Shown: piece by piece, positions 1 through 12,398 of the stretch
Position numbering within the stretch: the first letter of the stretch is position 1
Layout of the letters: each line of letters starts with the position of its first letter
Source: Dictyostelium discoideum
Lineage: Eukaryota
Direction: 5' to 3'
Assembly (NCBI GenBank): GCA_000004695.1
Contig: CM000153.2
Location: 1,888,001-1,952,000 of the forward strand
Length of the DNA stretch: 64,000 nucleotides
Translations under genes and position numbers: made by a program
Notes under the pieces: model-generated
What the model was told of the DNA's origin: nothing
What the model saw: only the letters and a program-made list of their open reading frames with translations
The model's database searches: none

Positions 1-545
1 AGTGTTTTTTTTTTTAAGTGGTTATATATTTTTTGGTGATGAAAAAAATTTGCTACTGCTGCATTTAAAGTGATGACTTTCCAATTTACATCAAGATCTC
101 TGACAATTAATATATATCCATTAAAATTTTAAAACCAAAAATTTTATCTTTTATTTGCATATATATATTCACAATAAAAACAAATTGTTAACAATTTTTT
201 TTTTCACAAAAATAGATTTAGGTCAAATTACGCTCTTGATTCAATTTTTTACCTTTACCATTGCTCCTTTTATTAGCTTCTGTGTCAATCTTTTAAATTT
301 TTATAAAAATGATTTTAAATAAAATATTAGATTTATCAAAAAAAAAAAAAAATTGTATTTCATTTATTAAAATAATCTTATTTTGTTTGTTAAAATTTTA
401 TTTGTCAAAGTTTTGGTATAAAAAATAAAAAAAAAATTTCACCCCATACAAACCCAAAACACCTTTTTTTTGACATTTATTATTTTTTTTTTTTTTTTTT
501 TAAAAAATTTTATTTGTATACAATTTGTATTAATATTTTTTAATT

Positions 546-2693
546 TTATTTACTAACACCACCATATTTCATTTTTGATATTAAATGATCTTTTTTAGAT
601 TCATTTTTTTTAATTAAACCTTCCAATTCATTTGAAAAAGCAGAATATTCACCAGATTGAAGTTCTTGTTTCTTTTTTAAATGATCTTCAATGGAACCAA
701 CTAAAGCTTGAATTGCAGGCACAAATACTTCAATTACCCAAAATACATCTAAAATGGCAAAGAGAATAACAGTGATAATTTGACCAAAAGAGGTTGAATG
801 ACTATTCATTACATAATGATAGAATACAGATTTCTCAAAATGTATATTGAATTGAAAAGTTGGAGAAACACTATGATACTCTGAAGCCATTAAATAAGTT
901 GTACTATTTGAATTAAAACTAAACTCTTTATACGATTGTGAATCATAAACACATCTTTCAATCATAGGTCTAATCAAAGATAACCCATTATCGTTTGACT
1001 TTATCTTACAATCTGAAATCATAGTCATCATAGATAATATTGAAACTGTTGCACCTGGACGTAGAATTGTACCTTCCAATGGTTGAATTACACCGGTTAC
1101 ATAGGAATTACCAATATTGATTGAACTTTTATTATTATTCGTACTAATATTATAAATGATTCTTTGAGTATAGAAATAAGTATCCTCAGGTGTAATATCA
1201 AAAAAGAAATCAGTTGTATCACTATAGACTGCACCATATTCAATATTTGCAGTAATTCTACATGATTGATTACTTAAAGGTGTTAAATTTGTTGAATTGG
1301 TTGGTATATAATCAATAACTTCAAATTCAGTTTCAACTTTACAATTACCCATATAATTTTTATTTTGACATCCATTTGTTGTAAGTTTTAATTCATCTTT
1401 TGAACAAATACCATTAAATCCATACTAAAAATTATTTTAATTAGTTAAAATTTTATTAATATTAATTATTAATTATTAATTATTATTATAATAAATACTT
1501 ACTAAATCTAAAGTTATTATAATTGAACTTGAATCAACAAATTTAAGATATTCAGCATCAGAATAAATTTGACCAGGAGTTAATTGAGTTGAAGCTTGAC
1601 CAAGTGATCTTAATTCAGTTGAAATATCGGAATTAATTCTTTGAAATTGAATGATAAAGATAATCATTAGAATTAATACAACTAAAAAGTAATAGGTACA
1701 AAATGCTTCAACAGCTTTTACAGGTTTGACAGCGGTTCTCTTTCTAACGAATACACGACGTTTCATTGAATCTCTACTTGATGAGATTGAAATACGATGT
1801 TCATTTGAATTTGGTTCAAAGTAGTCTATTTCCTCTGTCATTTCTTCACCATCCCAATCATAGAAATTAATTTTCAATAATATGTCAATTACTTTCTTTT
1901 GTTTGGTTTGATGATTACGTGGCCATGGTAAACAAAGACCCAATGTTAATACTATCATACCACCCATAATAATTAAGAAATAAGGATAACATGAATTATA
2001 AAATGTAGATTCGAAATCCAATTGTTCAGATTCATCCAAGTCTGGATTGGTTTGAGATTCAGTTTCGACTGGTATGTCCACCAAAGGGTATACAGAGCCG
2101 TCTGGACAAAATTCACCTTTACCACATTTATTATTACCAAAATTTGAACATTCTGAAATTGACGATAATCCAAACACTTTATCAGTGGTATAATATCCAC
2201 CAGGACATAAACCACATAATTCAAATGAGGAATTATCAATATGAATACTGGATACAGTTTTAAATTGACCAGCATCACAAATTAAACATTTATAATAGAT
2301 TGATGACCATTCTGCACCAGCTGGACAAACACTATAGAAATTAAATCCCATTTTCTTTAATGTTGGATCTTGTGAAATCACCAATATCTCTGTACCAAAA
2401 TAACTTATACCATATTGATAATCAAAAGTTGTTATATAATTTAAATTTGGTACCATTGCTTTTGATCCACTCCTAACTGGAAAACTAGAATTATCAGTAA
2501 ATATATCATAGAAAAATACATTACCAGTAATATTCAATGTTGGATCACCAGTTGATGATACAATTAACATACTCTTACTTATTGAAATATCAACACCATA
2601 TCCAGTTGCAATATTCTCTGAAATTGAATCAAATAATCTAAATTCTGTTGCATTTGTAATTTCTTTAATTTTATTTGAAAAACAAAATAAACA

Positions 2694-2728
<35 letters not shown>

Positions 2729-3852
2729 CATTACTACTATTAACTTTATTTAATAAATTATTACTACTATCACTATCATTTGAATTTGAACTACTACTTG
2801 AACTTGAACTTGAACTACTACTACTTGAACTTGAACCATTTGGTTCATAATTTTTATAATACATATCAACTACTTCCTCTTCAGAATATCCAATTATTAC
2901 CCATTCATCATTAAATGTCATTGTAGATGGGCATGATCTTTTTAAAATAAATAAATAAATAAAAATAAATAAAAAATAAATAGGTTAATTTAATAATTTA
3001 AAAAAAAAATAAAAAATTAAAAAATTATAATTATTTACTCAGTTCTTAAAGTTGTTTGAGCTTTATAATCAGTAAGTAAAGTATTATTAACAACTTCAAT
3101 TAATACAAATGCACTATTATATTCAATTTGAATTTGAGATTTATTTGGTGACATGCAAATACCACAAAGACCTATAGCAATTTTATTTTCATAAACATCC
3201 AATGCAGTTGTGTACATTTGACCTTTACCACCTATACATGGCTTCCAAACTGGTTTTTCTAAATATAATACATTTGAACAATTATTTTTATTTTTATTTA
3301 ACTTTTTTTTTTTTTTTTTAAAAAAAAAAAATACAAATAAATAAAAAAATAATAATTAATATGGTTTTGTAAAATTAATTAAGTTTTTTTTTTTTAAGAA
3401 AAATTAAAATTAATTTACTTACATCTAAAATACAAACTGAAATTGGTGAAGATTTCTTTTTTGATGATAATAAATTATTATTACAACTTGATACAATAAA
3501 ATTTGGGCCAATAGCAATTTGAGAACCAATTGAACATTCGAAATTATCCTTTTCATCAACACCTTCTTGAATAAAAATATAATCACATTTTGTTGAATTT
3601 TCTGAATTATTTTCAACACAATCATCAATATTATATACATAGATTGAACCATTTTCAGATTCATCACCAATTGCACCAATCGTTATATTACTATCACTAC
3701 CTAATGAGGCTCTCCCTAATCCTGTACAACTACCAAATGTTTTACTTGGTTCATTAAACAGTTGAGAAACTTCATATTTATTGTTAAATGAGAATGGTCT
3801 AATTTAATTAATTTTATAATTAATAAATTATGGAAAAAATAATTATGGAAAG

Positions 3853-3933
<81 letters not shown>

Positions 3934-4124
3934 ATAATAATAATTTACAATGTTTTATTTTTTTTAGCTAATAATGTTGCAAATGCCATTTTACTATTTG
4001 GATTTGAACCAATAAGTGCATATCCATTATATTTTGAAGTATTTATTATACCATTACCAATTGACGAAATTGATAATAATAAAATAATTATTAATATTAC
4101 ATATTTATAAATAGTTTTTATCAT
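546..4124 (-). CDS. 5-exon gene encoding a secreted/type-I membrane protein with Cys-rich ectodomains and a Ser/Asn-rich linker (about 1042 aa). It could instead be two genes, 3035..4124 and 546..2921.
   Basis: Exons on the minus strand: 4124..3949, 3798..3423, 3301..3039, 2937..1503, 1424..546. Exon 1 starts MIKTIYKYVILIIILLLSISSIGNG, a signal peptide. Exon 2 (IGAIGDESENGSIYVYNIDDCVENN...SVCILD) is open, has no ATG and is missing from the ORF track; track ORF 3425..3679 is the wrong frame. Donors are GTAAAT, GTAAGT, GTAAAT and GTAAGT, acceptors are AG, and phases match at every junction. The GTAAAT donor lies 2 nt before the stop of ORF 3035..3217 and joins in phase to an AG 16 nt upstream of the ATG at 2921 (ga|a -> E). 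The downstream part has a Cys-rich module (CPAGAEW..CLICDAG..CGLCPGGYY..CGKGEFCPDG), TM helices (YFLIIMGGMIVLTLGLCLPW, YYFLVVLILMIIFIIQF, ITVILFAILDVFWVIEVFV) and many N-X-S/T sites. It has no signal peptide of its own, which supports joining it to the upstream exons. Confidence 0.5.
3853..3931. repeat. A79 homopolymer, T79 on the gene strand, inside intron 1 of the 546..4124 gene
   Basis: Read directly. It fills most of the 150-nt intron between the GTAAAT donor at 3948 and the AG at 3799. Confidence 0.9.
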
Positions 4125-4340
4125 TTTTCATAAAAAGAAATTATTTTTAGAAATAAATAAATATTTTAATTTATTATTTTTTTTTTTTTATATTTAATTT
4201 TTTTTTTTATTATTTTATGTTTTATTATTTATTAAAATTTTATTTATTTTTTTAATATTATCATTATAAAAATTACAGTGGAATTTTATTTTAATGGTAT
4301 CTTGATTGGAGATTAAAATGTTTCATAATTGAAATGTTAT

Positions 4341-4392
<52 letters not shown>

Positions 4393-4662
4393 AAAAATTA
4401 AAAACCCAATTGGATTTTATTTTTTTTTGGTGAAAGGTCGTCAAGTAACCTTTTTTTTTGACCTTATCAAAATTTTTCTTTTTCTTTTTCTTTTTCAAAC
4501 GTTTTAAAAAATAAATAAAAAAAAAAAATAAATTAAAATTTAATCTTCAAAGAATAAAATAATAATTTTTGTGTAGTATAGTTTTTTTTAAATATTTTTA
4601 TTTTTTTTTTTTTTTATTTATAATTCCAAAAATTAAGAAATCGGAGGGTTTTTTTGTTAAAA

Positions 4663-4890
4663 TTAAAATGTCATTGTTGAATTTGAACATGCATCAGCAT
4701 AATTTGGAACTAAAATTGAGTATGCAGTTTCAAAGAATGAATCAATTGGGCACATAACATCTTCACAACCATTTAATGTATAACTTTGACCATTAAATTT
4801 AAATTGGAGGAAATAATTATCTAAATTTAAAATTTTTTTTAAAAAAAAAAAAAAAAAAAAAAGAATTAGTAAAGTCATCAGGGAATGAAA

Positions 4891-4951
<61 letters not shown>

Positions 4952-6210
4952 CTAGATATTTTTTTTACCTTTTTCATCAGACCACAATTCAAGTTCAACA
5001 TGTGAAGCATAAGGTGGCCATTCTTTCATGAGACCAAATAAATTAGTGAATGGACCAACTGAATCATCATGACCAGAGAAAACGATATATTTGACAGAGG
5101 AAGTACCATTAACAAAAGCTCTAATATTATCGACTACCTCCTCTAAGAAAGTAGACATACCAAGACGAGCAATCATTGGGAAAGAGAGTTGATATTGGTA
5201 TTGCCAATAGGCAGCTTCATAGACTTGAGTGACCATATCTTGAGTGACACCCTCTGGTAATGGGAAATCGTGACATTGAGTTGCAAAGAATAAATCCATT
5301 AATGAACTCCAACCTGGGAATACAGAGATACCCAATGTTTCCATAACATCCTCTTTTAATTGGGTGGTGTTGGTAATGAATTCCCCCCACTCTGGTGTGG
5401 TGGTAGTATTGGCGATCAAAACAGCCAACTCTGGGCAAAGAGTTGGATTTGGTGTCATATTTTCATAATAGTTATCCATTGTATTGATATTGATAATTGG
5501 AATACCTGAACCACTTGTAACGGTGGTTGGTGGGAATAAAGCAGTTAAATGACCTTGAACCGATTGAATGGTTCTTGGTACATCGGTTGAACGAACCCAA
5601 ATGGTTGATGCTGCATCCACTGATAATTCACTTGGTAATAATTCATATTTATCAACGTAGAGTTGACGTAAACTTTGACCTAATTGTAAATGTTGTTGGA
5701 ATCCAAGTGAGGTCAATTGACCGTCTGAACAATTACCTGGGAAATATTCTCTATTTGGCATATAAACTTTTCTAAATAATCTATCAACATCTGTTGCTGC
5801 TCCTGGTACATTATTTAAACTTGATACCATTAACCATCCTAAATTACAATCCCATGTATTCATTGTTGGTTTTAATGTACTATACAATGGTGTTCTATCA
5901 CCATGTCTTGTTAAAATTTGTACCATCTTTAATGTTAATCCATCTGTATTTAAACTTGGTGTCTAAATAAAAATTATTATTATTATTAATTTATAATTTT
6001 CCATTTTTTTTTTTTTTATTTTTATTTTTTTTTAATTTTAATTTCTAGATTTATTTTTATTTGAAATTTATGGAAAAATAAAAAAATAAAAAAATAAAAA
6101 AAGATATTTACTGGTTCTGGTGCTTGGCAATAAAATGGTTTTTGGGATAAAGAAACACCCAAAATTAGTGAAACTAAAAATAATGTTATTAATGCACTTT
6201 TTTTAATCAT
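4663..6210 (-). CDS. histidine acid phosphatase (3 exons, 416 aa, signal peptide)
   Basis: Exons 6210..6112 (MIKKSALITLFLVSLILGVSLS signal peptide, donor CCA|GTAAAT), 5962..4969 and 4820..4663. The RHGDRTP motif (the RHGxRxP signature) and a later GHDDS (HD) motif are present. The last exon joins in phase 1 (g|at = D) and contains a conserved Cys pair. Confidence 0.75.
4941..4966. repeat. perfect 26-bp palindrome, A8-TATCTAGATA-T8, at the 5' splice site of acid-phosphatase intron 2
   Basis: aaaaaaaatatctagatatttttttt equals its own reverse complement. On the gene strand it begins 3 nt after the GT donor, and an A56 run (4893..4948) lies next to it. Confidence 0.85.
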
Positions 6211-6701
6211 TTTTAATCATTTAAAAAAAAAATTTTAAAAAAATAAAAAAGTATTTTAAAAACGATTTTGATGGAAAAAAAAATAAAAAAAAATAAAAAA
6301 ATAAAAAAAAAATTAAAATTAAAAAAAAAATTAAATTAAAAAATAAAAAAAAAATAAAAAATAAAAAAATTTGATTTTTTAAAAATAAAAAAAATAAAAA
6401 AATAAAAAAAAAAATAAAAAATTGCTGTGTTATTATTTTTTATTTTTTTATTATTATTGTTTGTGTGTAAGACAAATCATCTTTTTTATTTTATGTAATT
6501 TTTAATAATAATGAATATAATAGTTATTATTATAAATAATAAAAAGGTTTAAAGATATACTTGTGTGTGTGTTTATTTGCGTTTTTAAAAATTAGTTTTC
6601 TTCATTTTTCATTTTATCCTTTTTTAGAAATTTTGTTCCTTAACCCTGAAGAGGTTTTTTTTTTTTTTTTTTTTTTTTATTTATTTTTTATTTTATTTTA
6701 T

Positions 6702-6733
<32 letters not shown>

Positions 6734-7019
6734 CTGGAAAAGTATAAATTGTGGTTTTTATTTAAATTTTTTATTTTTTTTTATTTTTTTTTTTTCAAGT
6801 TAGAGTTTTATTCAAATACATAATTACAAATAATAAATACACACACACACACCCCACAAATAATATTCAGATTAATTCAATTAATAATTTTAAAGATTTT
6901 AAATATACAAATTTAAATAAAATAATAATATTAATAAAAATAATAAAAAATAATAATAATTAATAATTAATAATTAAATAAATTAATTAAAAATTGATAA
7001 ATTAAATAAATTTAAAAAA

Positions 7020-7769
7020 ATGATTAAAGTGGCAAGTAAAGATCCGATTGTATTCAAAAATAGAAAAGATGCTGGTAAACAATTATTAAATTTTATTAAA
7101 CAAGAAGTAAAAGGATTAAATAAAGAAAATGCAGTAGTGATTGCTCTACCAAGAGGTGGGGTACCAGTTGCCTTTGAAATTAGTAGTGCACTTGATTTAC
7201 CATTAGATTTATCAATTCCACGTAAAATTGGTGCTCAAAATAATCCAGAATATGCAATTGGTGCAGTATCTGAACATGGTGAAGCTTTCATCAATAATGA
7301 ATTGTTGTCATATTCTCATTCTTCAAGAGAATATGTAAAGAATGAAATTGAAAAACAAAGATTAGAATCTCAAAGAAGACAACAAATTTATAAAAAAAAT
7401 AGAAAACCAATTGATTATAAAGAGAAAACTGTTATAATTGTTGATGGTAATTATTATTATTTATTATTATTATTTATAATTTTACTATTCTTTTACTAAC
7501 CTTTTTTAAAAAAAGATGGTATGGCAACTGGAAGTACTGCAAAATCATCAATAAATTCTGTTTTACAAGCAAAACCAAAGAAAATTATCTTAGCACTCCC
7601 AACTGCACCAATTGATTCTTTAGAAGAAATTAAAAATAGTGGAAAAGTTGATGAAATTTTATGTGTTTCAATACCAAGAATCTTTAATGCAGTAGGTTGT
7701 TTCTATGAAACCTTTGACCAAACTGATGATAGTGAAGTAATAGAATTATTAGAAAAATCATTAAATTAG
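7020..7769 (+). CDS. type-I phosphoribosyltransferase-domain protein (2 exons, 226 aa)
   Basis: Exons 7020..7446 and 7516..7769. The donor GTAATT splits the PRPP-binding loop VIIVD|DGMATGST, and the phase-1 junction rebuilds an Asp codon. Track ORFs 7020..7499 and 7521..7769 are the two exons. Confidence 0.7.
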
Positions 7770-8089
7770 AGTGATAGGATTAATGTATACATTGATTTTT
7801 CCTATTTTTTTTTTTTTTTTTAAAAAAAAAAAACAAACCAAACAAGTTTATTTTCATTTTTTTTTTTTTAAAAAAAAAGCAATATTAAGTTAAATGATAA
7901 ACAAAGAAATATTTTTCCAATTCATTAATCCAATAAAATTTTAAATTATAAACATTTTTTTTATTCATATTTTTGTTCTTATTTTTATTTTTTTTTTTTT
8001 TTTTTTTATTAAAAAATATATAATCACCAATTAATCGAGTTGGTAATTTTTTAAAATTTATATTGTTATATTGTTATTTTTATAGGATT

Positions 8090-8090
8090 T

Positions 8091-8152
<62 letters not shown>
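8090..8152. repeat. (ATT)n microsatellite in the 3' flank of the PAP2 gene
   Basis: Read directly. It is the source of the spurious ORF 8063..8278. Confidence 0.9.
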
Positions 8153-8153
<1 letters not shown>

Positions 8154-8159
8154 TAATTA

Positions 8160-9120
8160 TTAAAGACTACTTGAAATTGAAAGACTTTGATATTCAGCAC
8201 TCAATAAACCATCTCTTGCATAGTGAGGATTTATTCTATTCTTTGGTAAAGAACACTCTTTTGAAAATAATGAATTAAAATTCATGAAATAAACAAAAAC
8301 ACCAATTGATAAACCAATAACAGATCCTGCTAAAATCTATTTATTATTTATTATAATTAATATTGGGTGAGAAAAAAAAAAAATGGAAAATAAAAAAAAA
8401 AAAATGGAAAATAAAAAAAAAAAAAGGTGGGAAATAAAAAAAAAAAATAAAAAAAAAAATTTTAATATGAAAAATACTTACATCAGAAAAATCATGATGA
8501 TAATCAACAGTTCTTGAAACAGCAACTAAAGCAGATATCATAAATGGACAAAGACAAACTAATGCTTTTAAAATATTACCACCATCTTTTAGGAAAACTT
8601 TAGTTTTACCACAAAGATAGAATGAGAGAAAAGTCATACCACAAAATGAAACTGAAGAATGACCAGATGGGAAAGATACACGACCCTCTCTAATGACAGC
8701 TTCGATACCAGTTGCAACACGTGCACCGTAATCTGGACGGTAACGACCAGCACTAACTTTTAAAATGTCAGTGAATAGCATTGTGATTGTGAATGCTTGA
8801 AATAAACCTAATGCTGCGTGATGGAAGTCATGTGAATTTCTATTCTTTATATAATATCCAATGAATACTACCATTGGTAATCCAAGTGCAATTAACATTA
8901 GTAACCAAACTGGCACAATGTCTGGTAATAATGGATATTGAACTAATTGAAAAGTATTGGTTGATATATTTGATTCTGGTTCATAACGTTTGAATGGTGG
9001 AATTACAAAATTAAATAAAACACTCTCAATTACAAATATACCTAAACAAAGAAACCAATCAATTAAATGCTGTTTGGTGAACCATGTAGTTTTACCATAA
9101 AATGAAACTCTGTGAATCAT
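8160..9120 (-). CDS. PAP2-family lipid phosphate phosphatase (2 exons, 271 aa)
   Basis: Exons 9120..8482 and 8336..8160. All three PAP2 motifs are present: KVSAGRYRPDY, PSGHSS and SRTVDYHHDFSD. The donor GTAAGT follows HHDFSD, and exon 2 supplies the sixth TM helix (ILAGSVIGLSIGVFVYF). The tail of track ORF 8344..9120 is intron read-through. Confidence 0.75.
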
Positions 9121-10346
9121 TTTTCTATATATGTTCTATATTTTGATTTTTTATTTTTTATTTGATTATTTCTTGAAATTTTAAAAAATAAAAAAAAATT
9201 TTGACACCCCTGTTTTGTGTTTAGTGTTTTTTTTTTGAAAAAAAAAAAAAAAAAAAAAAAATAAGAAAAAATAAAAAAATAAGAAAAAATAAAAAAGATA
9301 TTTTATTTTTTGTAAAAATGATGATTGGGTCGTAAAAAAAAAAAAAAAAAAAAACATTTTAAATTTGTTAATAAAAAAAAAATCTAATAATTGTTTAATT
9401 TAAATTAATTATTTTTTAATATAATACATACGATAAAAAACAAAAAACAAAAAACAAAAAAAAAACAATGTTTTATTTATTTTTTTTTTAAAGTCTTTCT
9501 ATATATATTGATGGAATTGGGAAATAAAAAAATAAAAAAAAAAATAAAAAAAATAAAATTTATTTTAAAAAAAAAAAAAAAAAACAATACATTGTCGTTG
9601 AAAAAAAAAAAAAAATTAAAATTAATTTAAAAAAAAAAAAAAAGAAAAATGGTTACAAAATTGAACGTTTTAATATATTATTTATTTTTACATGTATTAA
9701 ACTATTCCGTCATTAATTTTTTAAAATATTTATATTTAAAAATAAATAATTTAAAAAATAAAAAATTTAAAAAATATCTTTTTTTATAATCGCAAATAAA
9801 AATAAAAATAAAACCCCAAAAATGGAATTTGAGAGTTTTTTTTTTTTTTTTTTTTTATTTTTTGATGTTAATAAAAGAAAAAAAAAAAATTTTGGTAAAA
9901 AAAAAAAAAAAAAATTGGAAAATAGCACTGAAATACCACGAATTATGTTGGATTTATAAAATATCTGTTTTTTTTTTTTAAATTTGTAAATAACTCATTT
10001 TGTTTTTTTTAAAAAAAATAAATAAAAAATAAAAAATAAAAAATAAAAAAAGATATTTAACACAAGAAATAAAAGAGTATTATTTATTTAATTTTATATT
10101 ATTCTATTTTATAAATATTATTTCTATTTTTTTTTTTTTTTTTTTTTAATTTTTATTATTTTTTTTTTTAAAATTTTTTTTTTTTTCCTTTATTTCTTTT
10201 TTTTTTAATTTTTTTATTTTTAATTTTTATATCTAAAATTTATTTATTTATTTTTAGAAAAAAAAAAAAATAAAAATAAATAAAAAAAAAAAAAAAAACT
10301 AAACACATATATTAATTAATATATAATAAATTTATTAATATCAATA

Positions 10347-10564
10347 CTATTTTGGATCAGTTTGCTTTCTCCACTCAGAGTATTCATCAAGAAGCACGGG
10401 CCATGCACCATTTTCATCATAATTTGAACAATTTGCATTAATAATTTTTGAAAACTCTAAAATTGAAAGCCATTGGTCCATATTTAAAACTTTATAACTT
10501 TTTTGCTATTTTTGCATAAAAAAATAAAAAAATAATTATTATATTAATATTTATGTCTATATAA

Positions 10565-10623
<59 letters not shown>

Positions 10624-11583
10624 TAATCAATTAATCAATACTCACTTGCATTAAAAATTCTTGTAATTTTTCAGTATGTGGATATCTATCGGCTAAAACT
10701 AATTGAAGCATACTACAAGCACTTTCTAAATCTAAAATTTTATTATTTTCATTTTCTTTTGCAAAAATGAAAGCGAATCTATAAATATCTTTGAAATTAT
10801 TTGGATTATCCAAATCCTTTTTAAATGTTGGTAAATGTTGTTGAAGCTTTTGTAGAGAATCGATGTTCAACTTTGAAAGACCTTGTGTAAACTCTGCTTT
10901 TGAAAAATAACCCATTTGTTTTGCACCTAAATGCCATGCCAATACTAATACAACTACATCCTCTGGTTCAACTCCTAAATCTTTACATAATCTAGTTATA
11001 CCATCTGGTCCTATTACATTATTATCATCTTCGTCCTTATATTTATCGAAAAAGTCTTCTATTCTCTTTCCTTTATCTTCTATTTTATTATTATTACTAT
11101 TACTATTATTACTACTAATATTATTATTATTATTATTATTATTATTGCTTCTATATATAGGTAAGGTGTGTTAATATAACTCATATGTCTAAATATTGAA
11201 ATATTCAAAGGAAATACATACGATATTGATACTTTATTATTAACATTATTAACGCTAGTTTGATTGGTTTCAGGTTTAATAGCTACATTATTTTGTGGAG
11301 TTGCAGTTGGTGTATTATTGGTTGTTACATTGCCTGTATTTGTAGTTGGTTCTATTAGTTTCATTTTATATATATATAATCATATCAAAATTATGGTCAT
11401 CATTTATTTATTTATTTATTTATTATATTTTTATATTTTTAAAATATTTTATATTAATAAATAAAAAAATTTGAAATAAAATAAGTGGGTGTATATATAT
11501 ATATAAAATTGCATACCATTTTTCTTTTTATTTGTAGTTGTAGGTGTTGAAGCTGTTGATTTCTTTGAAGGATTATTACCCAT
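10347..11583 (-). CDS. DCN1-like protein (defective in cullin neddylation; PONY/DUF298 domain), 4 exons, 283 aa
   Basis: Exons 11583..11517 ([12 protein letters not shown]...), 11351..11222, 11141..10646 and 10505..10347. The PONY-domain matches include [52 protein letters not shown] and the C-terminal [18 protein letters not shown]. Donors are GTATGC, GTATGT and GTGAGT. Track ORF 10631..10942 starts at TTG and is an internal exon. Confidence 0.7.
10567..10640. repeat. (CAAT)n microsatellite of about 14 perfect units plus degenerate copies, inside the last intron of the DCN1-like gene
   Basis: caatcaatcaat... read directly. On the gene strand it is (ATTG)n and begins 5 nt after the GTGAGT donor. 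Confidence 0.9.
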
Positions 11584-11929
11584 TTTTTTATATTGTTATA
11601 TTGTTTTATATTTTATTTTATTTTATTTATGTTTACAAACTATTTATTGATGACTATAAAATGTCTAAAATTTTATAGTTTTATAATATTTTTTCTTTCT
11701 TTAAAAAAAATTTTAGTGATTGTAGGATGGCTGTACAAAATAAAATTGATTTTATTTTTTATTAAAATTTTGTTTATTGTTTTTGTTTTTTTTGTTTTTT
11801 TATTTTTGTTTTTAATTTTTAATATTGTATAAAAATAATAAGGTGTATGTGTATTTAAATAAAAAAATTAAAAAAATAAAAAAAAAAATAATTGATTTTT
11901 GATAATTTTTAAAATAATAGATAAAAATG

Positions 11930-12000
11930 AAGGGGTTGGTGGTGCGAGTAAGAGAAATAAATAAATTTAAGGGGTGGTGAGTGGAGTGAGTGTATGTTGG
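11930..12000. promoter_or_regulatory. G-rich direct repeat, AAGGGGTTGGTGGTGCGAG ... AAGGGGTGGTGAGTGGAGTGAGTG, in a bidirectional promoter
   Basis: Two copies of an AAGGGGT(T)GGTG motif lie 40 bp apart, between the divergent starts of the DCN1-like gene (11583, minus) and the Yae1-like gene (12513, plus). Confidence 0.3.
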
Positions 12001-12362
12001 TTAAATAAATAAAATTTTTTTTTTTCTTTTCTTTTTTTTTTTTTTTTTTTTTTTTTAAAAACTTATCAATAATAAATTAAAATTATTGATCTATTTATTA
12101 CTAAAGAAATTAAATATATATATATATATTTTTTTTTTTTTAAAAAAATCTTTTGTTTCTATTTTTTTATTTTTAATTTATCCCAAATAAAAAAAAAAAA
12201 AAAAAATTAAAAAAAAATATAAATAAAAAAAAAAAAAAAAAAAAAAATATAAATAAAAAAATTCAAAAAAAAATTTTCAAAAAAAAAAAAAAAAAAAATA
12301 AAAAAAAAGTTTTTAGTTTACCACACAGCACAGCTGATACAACAAAACTTTTTTTTTTATTA

Positions 12363-12398
<36 letters not shown>

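Noticed and set aside
3425-3679. Track ORF MVQLVMNLKMVQSMYIILMIV..., minus strand
   Set aside because: It starts at TTG, has low-complexity I/L/K/Q composition, and is in the wrong frame. The overlapping frame IGAIGDESENGSIYVYNIDDCVENN... is open for 376 nt, has no ATG, has splice sites at both ends, and is the real exon.
6561-6803. ORFs in T-rich or A-rich intergenic DNA, including 11264..11464, 11593..11832, 15196..15399, 18695..19151, 21494..21682, 27992..28177, 35293..35499, 36100..36366, 37451..37834, 40692..40948, 62087..62477 and 63311..63854
   Set aside because: They are homopolymer or microsatellite translations (poly-F, poly-I, poly-K). The 63311..63854 ORFs are antisense to the real plus-strand SANT gene.
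6843-6860. CCCCACAAAT, a DUSE-like ncRNA upstream element
   Set aside because: Only A/T-only sequence follows for 170 bp up to the PRTase ATG, so there is no ncRNA body. It is probably a chance match within a CA-rich promoter block.
8063-8278. Plus-strand ORF made of poly-Ile
   Set aside because: It is translation of the (ATT)n microsatellite in the 3' flank of the PAP2 gene.
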